Shown here: piece by piece, positions 55,410 to 62,741 of the stretch
How the letters are laid out: the number at the start of each line of letters is the position of its first letter
Numbering within the stretch: position 1 is the first letter of the stretch
Source of the DNA: Candidatus Nealsonbacteria bacterium DGGOD1a
GTDB taxonomy: Bacteria; Patescibacteriota; Minisyncoccia; Minisyncoccales; UBA5738
Assembly: GCA_022530585.1 (NCBI GenBank)
Contig: CP092821.1
Coordinates: forward strand, 262,222-326,221
Reading direction: 5' to 3'
Length of the DNA: 64,000 nucleotides
Made by a program: the position numbers and the translations under genes
The notes under the pieces: generated by a model
Told to the model about the DNA's origin: nothing
Databases searched by the model: none
The model's input: the letters and a program-made list of their open reading frames with translations, nothing else

Positions 55410-56016
55410 ATAATGTTTTCACCCTGTCGGTCTTGCCGCAGGGAACAACTTAAGGGGGTGGTTTGGTAGGGGGATATCCCCCTACCATCACGCGCGAAAG
55501 CGCGTCCGTGTTACAATAAGCCAATATGGAGCAAGAAAAGCGGGATATCTGGCGTTGGTACCACAATGTTTCCGAATGTTATTACCACATCCAGATTACG
55601 GTCAAATATCGCAAAGCATTACTGAACGAAAAGGTGATTGTCGCAATTGTCGAGAGCCTGAAAGGATTTATGGAACGGTACGCCATTGAGATCAGCCATG
55701 TGGGATTCGACCAAGACCACGCCCATATTCTGGCAAGATTCCTGCCGAAGTATTCCGGCGACCAGGTTATCAAAATAATAAAAAGCATTACCGCGCGCGA
55801 GGTGTTCCGGCAAGTTCCCGAAATTAAAAAAGAACTCTGGGGTGGAGAGTTCTGGACAGACGGCTATTATATCGCTACGATCAGCGCACGCGGTAATAGG
55901 AAAGTTATTGAGCGATACATTCAAAACCAAGGCAGACCAAAAGACGTGAGCCAGTTACGATTGTTTGAATTGTAGCTGCGAACGCCCTGTCGGTCTTGCC
56001 GCAGGGTCATTTACAT
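55410..56016 (+). mobile_element. IS200-type insertion sequence, copy 2
   Basis: Differs from 6166-6771 at three positions found by eye (C/T giving A39V, a silent T/C, and a 1-nt indel in the right hairpin). It starts immediately after the stop codon of the upstream gene. Confidence 0.85.
55526..55975 (+). CDS. tnpA: IS200/IS605-family Y1 (HUH) transposase TnpA
   Basis: 149 aa, one substitution relative to the 6282-6731 copy. Confidence 0.9.
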   Translation: MEQEKRDIWRWYHNVSECYYHIQITVKYRKALLNEKVIVAIVESLKGFMERYAIEISHVGFDQDHAHILARFLPKYSGDQVIKIIKSITAREVFRQVPEIKKELWGGEFWTDGYYIATISARGNRKVIERYIQNQGRPKDVSQLRLFEL

Positions 56017-56470
56017 AAATAAATTAACTCCCATTTCGTATATTTGTGTTTTGAAAAAAATGAATAAGCAAATTTAAAGACATTATGGAAAGAGAAAGAC
56101 CAAAAATAGGGGTTGGAATGTATGTCATAAAAAATAGTATAAATAATTTATGAACAGAAAAAGAGAATTAGATATCGTAAAATCATTTTTAAAACATGAA
56201 AATATCAGTTTTACCAATAGTGATTTTAATCAGAGCGAAAATTTAGACAAAAAAGGGATAGATGTTGTTTTTAAGAATAAAAAAATCCAAGTTACAGGTG
56301 CACCGTCTGATAAATTGGAAGTCCAAGGGAAAGTTTTGAAAGCGAGAGAAAAGACTGCTGAAGCTGGAAATGCAAGATATATATCAGAAACTAACCAGTT
56401 TGAATATAATGCCAATGCCGATGAAGTATGGGAAAAATTTATTTCAGAACCGTTGAAAAAGAAAATAAAT

Positions 56471-57809
56471 GGCTCTTCTCCATTTAATGTGAATTTAAGC
56501 CGATTACGGGCGGCAGGTCAAAATGCAATTTCCCCAAACGCAAGTAAATCAGCGTGATAAAATTATCGGTATTTTTGAAGCCTCTGGCTTGGCGTTTGAT
56601 GGTCTGAATGATGCCGTTGATGGCTTCGGCGAACGCATTGGTAACCCGGTCTTTGAAATAGCTAACAACTCCTTGCCAATGGCGTTTGATAGTTTTGGCC
56701 GCCTCGATCATCGGCCGCAAGCGGCAATGGGTGGCCCAGAAATACCAGTTTTTCAGTTTTGATTCGGCATAATATGGACTGGTAAGGGAATAAATGTCTT
56801 TCAAAGCGAGTTTAAGATTATAGGCTTTCACGGTTTTGAGATTCAGCTTGCACAAGTTTTCCAGCTGTTTTTTCTGTTTTGCGGTGGTATTTTCCGGACT
56901 ATGGAGAAAAGCGTAGCGGGTGCCGTTGAGTAAGGGATTGGCTTTGCGCTCTTGGCGGCAGACTTCATCAACGGCGTTGTTAACATATCCCATTACATGG
57001 AATTTATCGAAAACAATGCCGGCGTTGGGCAAATAGTCAGTAACTCCCTTGATGAATGCTTTGGACAAATCAATGCAGGCGGTGGTGATTTTAGCCGGAT
57101 CGCCCTTGTGGGCGGCAAGGTTGGCTGCAAATGATTCAAAGGTTTTAGCGTCCCGGTTTTCAGTGATATAAAGCACTTTTCTTTCTTTTTGATCGGAAAA
57201 TACGGTAATATAATCGTGTCCTTTGGCTTTGCTGGTTTCATCGACGCTGACTCCGTTCACGCCCGACATATCCACTTTTAATCGGGCTTCCCGCACATAA
57301 TGCTGGACGATTCGCATGATGCGGTTGTCGTAAATTCCTAAAATTCTTTCAACCATTGCCAGAGGCATGTGGCTTGCCAATTCCATCGCGAAAGCTTCAA
57401 AAAGCAAAGTGAACCCGCTGTTTGGCCTTGCCCAGGGAACGGAAACGGTAATTGTGGTATTGTTGCTTTTCGGACATTGCAGGCGAGGCAGCGGCGCATG
57501 CAGGTAAGCGGCAAACTGGAAAAAATTCAAATGCCGCCAAACGCGTTCTTGATAATCATGTATCGGATGCTCTTGATGGCAGAGCGGGCAAATGAAGCGG
57601 GAACCTTTGGGATAACTGATATGAATATCCAACCGTCCTTCTTTTTGGGAAAATTCGGTTTTCTGGACAAACCAGGGAGATGATAAACCCAGCGCGATCT
57701 GAAACACATTCAAATTAACATCGTTGTTCTGTGGATTGGACATATGTGAAATATTGGTTAAGATATTTCAAATATATCCAATCCACGGATAATTTCCACC
57801 CCGCCGCCG
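56471..57809 (-). mobile_element. ISL3-family insertion sequence
   Basis: The low-coordinate end begins GGCTCTTCTCC, a typical ISL3 IR start. A GC-richer block sits inside AT-rich DNA. The flanking octamers are AAATAAAT and AAAAAATT (6/8). The high-coordinate end is approximate. Confidence 0.6.
56484..57743 (-). CDS. ISL3-family DDE transposase
   Basis: 419 aa. N-terminal zinc finger CPLCHQEH, then VSVDETS, FDKFHV and NAFAEAINGIIQTIKRQARGFKN, all typical of ISL3 transposases. Confidence 0.85.
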   Translation of the reverse strand: MSNPQNNDVNLNVFQIALGLSSPWFVQKTEFSQKEGRLDIHISYPKGSRFICPLCHQEHPIHDYQERVWRHLNFFQFAAYLHAPLPRLQCPKSNNTTITVSVPWARPNSGFTLLFEAFAMELASHMPLAMVERILGIYDNRIMRIVQHYVREARLKVDMSGVNGVSVDETSKAKGHDYITVFSDQKERKVLYITENRDAKTFESFAANLAAHKGDPAKITTACIDLSKAFIKGVTDYLPNAGIVFDKFHVMGYVNNAVDEVCRQERKANPLLNGTRYAFLHSPENTTAKQKKQLENLCKLNLKTVKAYNLKLALKDIYSLTSPYYAESKLKNWYFWATHCRLRPMIEAAKTIKRHWQGVVSYFKDRVTNAFAEAINGIIQTIKRQARGFKNTDNFITLIYLRLGKLHFDLPPVIGLNSH

Positions 57810-58122
57810 AAAAAATTCAAGAATACGAATCACATAAAGTGGAGAAGAAGCAAATAAATAGATATATCAAAAGAATTAGCCTCAAAGAAATTAAAGAAAT
57901 CATACTTATAATTTATACTAACAATATTCCTCAATTATTTAATTTTTCCGAATATATTGCTAACAATAAAATAAATGATTTGGAAAATCTTAAAAAATTC
58001 AAGGAAGTTTTCTTAATAGAATCAGGAAGAAATATAAAAATTAATTAAGGGTAAATTTATGAAGGTAAGTAGCGAGATGTAAATTAATCGATAATTTCAA
58101 ATTTTATTAAACAATTTTTAAT

Positions 58123-58746
58123 ATGATTTATTTAATTGGCGGCCCTCCAAAATGCGGAAAAACCACATTGGCAAAAAAAATATCAAAATCATTTGGTATT
58201 CTTTGGGTTTCCACAGATACGCTCCAAAATGTCATTAAGCCATATATGCGCGAGAATGATTTTCCAATAAAATTTCCCGCAGATTATCAACGAGGCAAGG
58301 ATAATGATGAAAAATATTCTAAATTTTCAACCAATGAAATTATTGAAGCCTATAAACAGCAGGCAAAAACTGTTTATCAAGCGATAGAAATGTTTGCAGT
58401 TTGCGAAATTACCGATGGTAATGATTTTATTATCGAAGGTTACCATATCGAGCCGGGGCTTGCCCAAGAATTGAATATAAAATATCCGGATAAAGTTAGT
58501 TGCATATTTCTTGTAAAATCCGATAGAAATAAGTTTGTTTGCGATATAAAGAAAAGTACAACCCCGAATGACTGGATAATTGCCAGAACAGGTAAAGAAG
58601 AAACCTATCAAAAAATTGCAAATATGATTTGTGAATATGGCGTTTTTTTTGAAAAAGAGGCAAGAAAATATAACCTTAAAGTATTGAATATGGATAATGA
58701 TTTTGATATTCGAGTTAAAGAGGCCATTGATTATTTTGCAAGATAA
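58123..58746 (+). CDS. P-loop NTPase/kinase-like protein
   Basis: 207 aa. Walker A GGPPKCGKTTLAK and a Walker-B-like FIIEGYH. The subfamily is unresolved. Confidence 0.55.
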   Translation: MIYLIGGPPKCGKTTLAKKISKSFGILWVSTDTLQNVIKPYMRENDFPIKFPADYQRGKDNDEKYSKFSTNEIIEAYKQQAKTVYQAIEMFAVCEITDGNDFIIEGYHIEPGLAQELNIKYPDKVSCIFLVKSDRNKFVCDIKKSTTPNDWIIARTGKEETYQKIANMICEYGVFFEKEARKYNLKVLNMDNDFDIRVKEAIDYFAR

Positions 58747-58958
58747 TAAAACAAGACAATAAAAGCGGGAGTAAAATTATTATGCCCTTATGGTTTATTC
58801 CGCCCACTGGCAAATTTAGATCTAAGACGAGGAAAACCCACCGGGGGCTCGATATTTAGCTTCCAGCGGCCTTGTAGATGATAGTTTTTGGTAAATTTAA
58901 CTGCTAACAACTGCAAAAGCAGTTATTCCCTCAAAAATCTGTTTAATTTGACAAGTTT

Positions 58959-58989
58959 TTAAAAAATTTCAGAGGGTCTAACCCTCTGT
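58959..58989 (+). repeat. 31-bp perfect direct repeat (REP-containing), left copy
   Basis: TTAAAAAATTTCAGAGGGTCTAACCCTCTGT, identical to 61850-61880. It contains the REP hairpin CAGAGGG-TCTAA-CCCTCTG. Confidence 0.9.
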
Positions 58990-59032
58990 GGCAAAGTTTT
59001 AGGAATTTCCTTAGATAAATTAGTAAACAACT

Positions 59033-59053
59033 AAAAACCCGCACAGCGCGGGT
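59033..59053 (-). terminator. Intrinsic terminator of the ParB-like/Dam operon
   Basis: The minus strand reads ACCCGCGCTGTGCGGGT followed by TTTTT, 20 nt after the Dam stop. Confidence 0.7.
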
Positions 59054-59073
59054 ATTTAGTTTATCGATAGCTA

Positions 59074-59928
59074 TTAGATTTTGATTGGGTTTTGATTTAA
59101 ATCAACTTCTATGTTTTCACTAAAAAACAAAACCTCGTTTGCTTTTTTTACAGTGTGGGCAACATGCAAAAAAGAATATTCTATCGTTTTAAAATCGTGA
59201 TACAAATCTTTTATTTCTTTCGCCTCATCATAAGATACGATCCATTTTGAATTTTGAATTTTTTGTATTGCCTCGCTAACTTTTTTATGACTGTCTTGTT
59301 TGTAATGATTTAAGTATAAAGAAGGCCCTTTGAGATAGTACGGGGGATCGAAGTAAAATATAGTATTCTCATTATTGCTTTGCTCTTGTATTTGTTTTAT
59401 AAGTTCTAAGGCATCTAAATTAAACAATTCAATATCGGCCTTGCGTGACGCAATAAGTTCGATTTTTTCAATTAGATTTTTTTTATTAAACCGGCAATCT
59501 ATTTTATATTCTCCCTTTTGATTCTCTCCTCCTATCACGCCGCCGTCGATAATTCCTGAATGATTTGTACGATTAAGAAAAAATGTTGCGAAGCCTAAAT
59601 CAAATAAATCTGCTGTTTCGCTGTTTGAATTAATTTCTTTAAATTTTTTCCAGTTCTTAACGGTAATTTTTGTATTGCTAATTTTTCTGCAAAATTTTTC
59701 CGTATTGTTTAGAATTGAATACCAAAAAGCGTAAATACCGCGATCAAGGTCGTTAATCATTATTTTTTTTATATTTCCGTTTATTAGCAAATAAAGGGCG
59801 ACTGACGCGCCCCCCGCGTACGGCTCAACATAGTGACCCTTGATATTATTCTTCTCGCAAATTGAGGCAATAAACTTTGCCAATTTGCTTTTTCCGCCCG
59901 GATACCTTAATGGCGAATAAAATATCAT
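59074..59928 (-). CDS. DNA adenine methyltransferase (Dam/D12 class)
   Basis: 284 aa. SPLRYPGGKSKL, EPYAGGASV and FYFDPPYY (DPPY) motifs. Confidence 0.85.
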   Translation of the reverse strand: MIFYSPLRYPGGKSKLAKFIASICEKNNIKGHYVEPYAGGASVALYLLINGNIKKIMINDLDRGIYAFWYSILNNTEKFCRKISNTKITVKNWKKFKEINSNSETADLFDLGFATFFLNRTNHSGIIDGGVIGGENQKGEYKIDCRFNKKNLIEKIELIASRKADIELFNLDALELIKQIQEQSNNENTIFYFDPPYYLKGPSLYLNHYKQDSHKKVSEAIQKIQNSKWIVSYDEAKEIKDLYHDFKTIEYSFLHVAHTVKKANEVLFFSENIEVDLNQNPIKI

Positions 59929-61286
59929 ATTAGTTTTTTGGTATTTAGTGATGCAATTAAATCGTTCGGATCTTGCAACATAAACTCAATTAACGATATA
60001 AGGTTATCCGCCACAGTTCTCGCATCGTTTGGCCCTGCGCCAGTTTTATAATTGTGAATAATTTGATGAAGTTGGTCTAAATCAAATTGCTCAAAAGCTT
60101 TTTTACTGCCAGTATCATTTATTAGCTCGATAAATTTTATGCGTAAGGTTTTGAAATTCGTATATTTTCGTTGGACCCTGTTGTCGTAAAATGCGGACTT
60201 AAAATGATTGTAATCTTTTATTTTTTTTCCGTTATATTCCGTTTCGCTAACTGTATATTTCAAAACGCATTCAAAAACTACACGGGCAAGTGCTACTTTT
60301 GCATTGGAAAAAAGCGAATTATCTAGACTGTAACATTCATCGATTAAGTGTTTTAGTTTTGGAGCAACCACCTTTCTCTCAAAAACGGGGCGGGTCTTTG
60401 TTGACCCCTTTTTATATTGGAGATTTATTTTTTGTTGATTTAGGTTAGTTTTTTGGCTATTCGGTTTTATCGAAGTTGACGGAACAAAACCGTGTATATT
60501 TAACCTTTTAAGAAACTCTGCTTTTTCCCTATCGACATCTATGTGAGAGATGCTTGGATTGTTTTTTAAATAAGCTACCAAAGCATTAATATATTCAGAA
60601 AATTTATTTGCATCATTAACCACTATTTGATAATGCGGTTTATTTTTAAATTTATATCCGCATAGTTCACTAAAACTAAATAACCTTTCGAATATAATAG
60701 TTTTGCCACCCATGCCACCTTTTCCTCTCCGTAATAATATTTTCAAATCTTCTTTGGCAATTTTAACCGCCTCATAATAAAAACTGGCAAGTTTAATTAA
60801 TTGTCCGGGGTTAGAATCTATTTCTTTTATTGAATCGTCAGAAGATCCGGTATTGTGCATCTCAAATGCTTTCAAAGCTTTTGCGATGCGATCCCATTCC
60901 CGAAAAAGGCTATGAGTATGTTGTTCTTTAATCCTTCGGTCCAGTTCGTTTTGATCCGTATAAATCAGTACCGGCAACTTATCAATTTGTATTTTTTGCA
61001 AACTTAAACCGTATTTTCCGGGAAAATTCAGGGCCTTTGCCGCTGCACATCTTCGATTGCCATCTTTTACGATGAAATTCTCTCCCGAAGGCATAACCCA
61101 TAACGCCTCGTCTGGATAAAATTCTTTTCTGTCGGAAATATTTTGAGCAATTTCTTCAGCCGATTCTGTATAAAGCAAATATTCAATCAAATCTTCTTCT
61201 TTCTCGCTGCCATTATACAATTCGGCAAATCTGTCATTATCTGGGTCAAGTATCAGTTTGCTTATATCTTCGTATTCTATTGCCAT
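59925..61286 (-). CDS. ParB/Srx N-terminal-domain protein with uncharacterised C-terminal half
   Basis: Start set to the ATG at 61286 (alternative 61358). ISKLILDPDNDRF and FIVKDGNRRCAAAKAL are ParB-N motifs. It overlaps the Dam start as ATGA. The upstream 188 codons of the track ORF were rejected as coding. Confidence 0.65.
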   Translation of the reverse strand: MAIEYEDISKLILDPDNDRFAELYNGSEKEEDLIEYLLYTESAEEIAQNISDRKEFYPDEALWVMPSGENFIVKDGNRRCAAAKALNFPGKYGLSLQKIQIDKLPVLIYTDQNELDRRIKEQHTHSLFREWDRIAKALKAFEMHNTGSSDDSIKEIDSNPGQLIKLASFYYEAVKIAKEDLKILLRRGKGGMGGKTIIFERLFSFSELCGYKFKNKPHYQIVVNDANKFSEYINALVAYLKNNPSISHIDVDREKAEFLKRLNIHGFVPSTSIKPNSQKTNLNQQKINLQYKKGSTKTRPVFERKVVAPKLKHLIDECYSLDNSLFSNAKVALARVVFECVLKYTVSETEYNGKKIKDYNHFKSAFYDNRVQRKYTNFKTLRIKFIELINDTGSKKAFEQFDLDQLHQIIHNYKTGAGPNDARTVADNLISLIEFMLQDPNDLIASLNTKKLI

Positions 61287-61359
61287 AATCTTAAATTCAA
61301 TAATTCTTATGTTGAAGCTAGAATCCACTATTTCGTTGATTCTAACATTTTGTACCATT

Positions 61360-61737
61360 TTTTCAATTATTGTGAAATCGGCCTGTTTTTGCTTCAAAAT
61401 CAAACAATTCCGGTTTCCGCACACCCCCCCCACAAACAGCGCGCGGAGCGCCGCAAAATTTTGCCAACAAAAAAGCGGAATTACTCCCGCTCCTGCCTTT
61501 CGGCAGTTCGCTTCAGCTTCTGGGCTCCCCAACGAGCCATTAAAGCAAACTATTGTCGTTGCCCTCTGCCCAAATCTCATCCACCATGCCAAGGCCAGAG
61601 GTTTCAGGAAGTAGGTTATGCCCCCGACTAAGCTTCGGTCGCCCCTCCAACCTGCTGTTTTCCGGGGCTTCCCTCGCAAAGGGGTAGCCGAGCCCGAATT
61701 GGGCTTGGGCCAACGCATCTTAGCCGCAAGTGGGGGT
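61360..61737 (-). other. GC-rich, hairpin-dense non-coding leader (possible structured RNA)
   Basis: An abrupt GC-rich block sits between AT-rich coding DNA and the att-like repeat. Minus-strand hairpins include CTGCC-GAAA-GGCAG (61493-61506), CCTCTG..CAGAGG, GGCT.CCC..GGG.AGCC and GCGG-CGCT-CCGC. No frame gives a credible protein. Confidence 0.45.
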
Positions 61738-61785
61738 AAATTTGAGGAATCTGCCGCTAAAAGCACCGCGTCAAACAGTGTTTTT
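61738..61785 (+). repeat. att-like direct repeat DR3 (degenerate)
   Basis: AAATTTGAGGAATCTGCCGCTAAAAGCACCGCGTCAAACAGTGTTTTT aligns with the ATTTG(A/C)(G/A)G..CTAAAGGCACCG..GTGTTTTT part of DR1/DR2. Confidence 0.55.
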
Positions 61786-61849
61786 AGTTCAAGAACGAGT
61801 TTTTGACCGTCTGATTTGAAGCTCCGAAATACAAAACGAAAAATTAACA

Positions 61850-61880
61850 TTAAAAAATTTCAGAGGGTCTAACCCTCTGT
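61850..61880 (+). repeat. 31-bp perfect direct repeat, right copy
   Basis: TTAAAAAATTTCAGAGGGTCTAACCCTCTGT, identical to 58959-58989. Confidence 0.9.
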
Positions 61881-61984
61881 TTGCACCCTCTTTCACGCTA
61901 AAGCGGCTGGCGATTTTTGGTATGGTGGTTTTAAAATGTTATATTTAAATCGTATTTAAATACAACTTAAACTATAAATTAAAT

Positions 61985-62662
61985 ATGTCGGAGAATGACC
62001 ATATAATCGCAAAAAGGAATGTTGTCGCGGTGGAAAATGAATCCGGTTCCAAAAAAAATGTGACCATTGAGATATTTTTGCCCCAACCGACCGAAGACGG
62101 CAAGGATTGTTTTTGCCGCGTTCAATTCAACGGGATCGAGGGCGAATCATACAATGTTGGCGGCATGGACAGCCTTCAGGCGCTCTCGCTGGCGATTTCC
62201 AAAATAAAATCGCGGTTTGACGCGTTGCGGAACGGGAAATATGATTTTTTGTGGCCCGAAGACGGAACGCCGATGGAATCCGTTGATTACGACTTTGTGG
62301 CAAAAGGATTCCAACATCCGCCAAAAAAATCTTTGAATATGGATCAAAATTGTGATTTGCGAAAAATTCCCGGGGTTGGCAAAAGCATCGCGCGGGACTT
62401 GCGGGATATCGGCATCCGCTCCGTCGCGGATTTGAAGGGTAAAGACCCGGAAAAGTTATACGAACAATCCAACCGGTTCGCGGGCGCGATTCAAGACAGA
62501 TGTTTGTTATATGTATTCCGCGAAGCGGTATATTTTGCGGAAACTGACAATCCGAATCCCGAAAAATTAAAGTGGTGGAACTGGAAAGATAAAAAAACAA
62601 ATTCAGCAAGGGGTTATTCAACTTCAGCAAGGGGTTATTCAACAAGTTTAACAAGGGTCTAA
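61985..62662 (+). CDS. Two-domain protein: unknown N-terminal domain + helix-hairpin-helix (Cdd1/'pathogenicity locus'-type) C-terminal domain
   Basis: DLRKIPGVGKSIARDLRDIGIRSVADLKGKDPEKLY...RCLLYVFREAVYFAE. The 3' end holds a 2 x 21-nt in-frame tandem repeat (SARGYST x2, 62602-62643) and runs into a REP. Confidence 0.5.
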   Translation: MSENDHIIAKRNVVAVENESGSKKNVTIEIFLPQPTEDGKDCFCRVQFNGIEGESYNVGGMDSLQALSLAISKIKSRFDALRNGKYDFLWPEDGTPMESVDYDFVAKGFQHPPKKSLNMDQNCDLRKIPGVGKSIARDLRDIGIRSVADLKGKDPEKLYEQSNRFAGAIQDRCLLYVFREAVYFAETDNPNPEKLKWWNWKDKKTNSARGYSTSARGYSTSLTRV

Positions 62663-62707
62663 CCCTTGTTGGTAAAAAAAACACATCGACAAGGGTTAGA
62701 CCCTTGT
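62651..62707. repeat. GGGTCTAACCC REP inverted pair upstream of RAYT-like gene 2
   Basis: ACAAGGGTCTAACCCTTGT (62651-62669) and ACAAGGGTTAGACCCTTGT (62689-62707). Confidence 0.85.
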
Positions 62708-62741
62708 TGAATAGTCGTTGTTGAATGGTCTTTTATTTTAT

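Larger units (their letters stand above)
56150..58048 (+). pseudogene. Unknown gene split by the ISL3 insertion
   Basis: Joining 56150-56470 to 57818-58048 (removing the IS plus 8 nt) restores one 183-codon frame ...EPLKKKIN|QEYESHKVEKKQINRY... Confidence 0.65.

Noticed and set aside
56085-56153. A 22-codon ORF, MERERPKIGVGMYVIKNSINNL, resembling a Nudix N-terminus.
   Set aside because: It is too short and lacks the Nudix box. At best it is a gene fragment at the IS200/island junction.
61286-61645. Calling a tmRNA (ssrA) gene on the minus strand.
   Set aside because: A GGGG-N10-UUAGUC-GGGG 5' motif and a short GNDNSLL* frame are present. However, I found no T-arm (GGTTCGA..), no acceptor 3' strand complementary to GGGGCGA followed by ACCA, and the last ~90 nt are AT-rich coding-like DNA. 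It is reported only as a hypothesis in the findings.
61651-61667. SRP RNA helix-8-like string CCCCGGAAAACAGCAGG (minus strand).
   Set aside because: It resembles CCGGAAGGAAGCAGC only superficially. The flanks cannot form the GGAA-tetraloop helix.
52100-61737. Integrase or recombinase gene expected between the tRNA-derived direct repeats.
   Set aside because: No frame shows tyrosine-recombinase (R..HxxR..Y) or serine-recombinase motifs. The only mobility genes are IS200 TnpA and the ISL3 transposase.
61287-61850. The N-terminal 188 codons of the 641-aa track ORF (59925-61850, minus strand) as part of the ParB-like protein.
   Set aside because: The translation is Arg/Gly/Ala/Pro/Trp-biased nonsense. 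Composition switches abruptly to GC-rich hairpin DNA. The ParB-N motif starts right after the ATG at 61286, so I treated this stretch as a non-coding leader.
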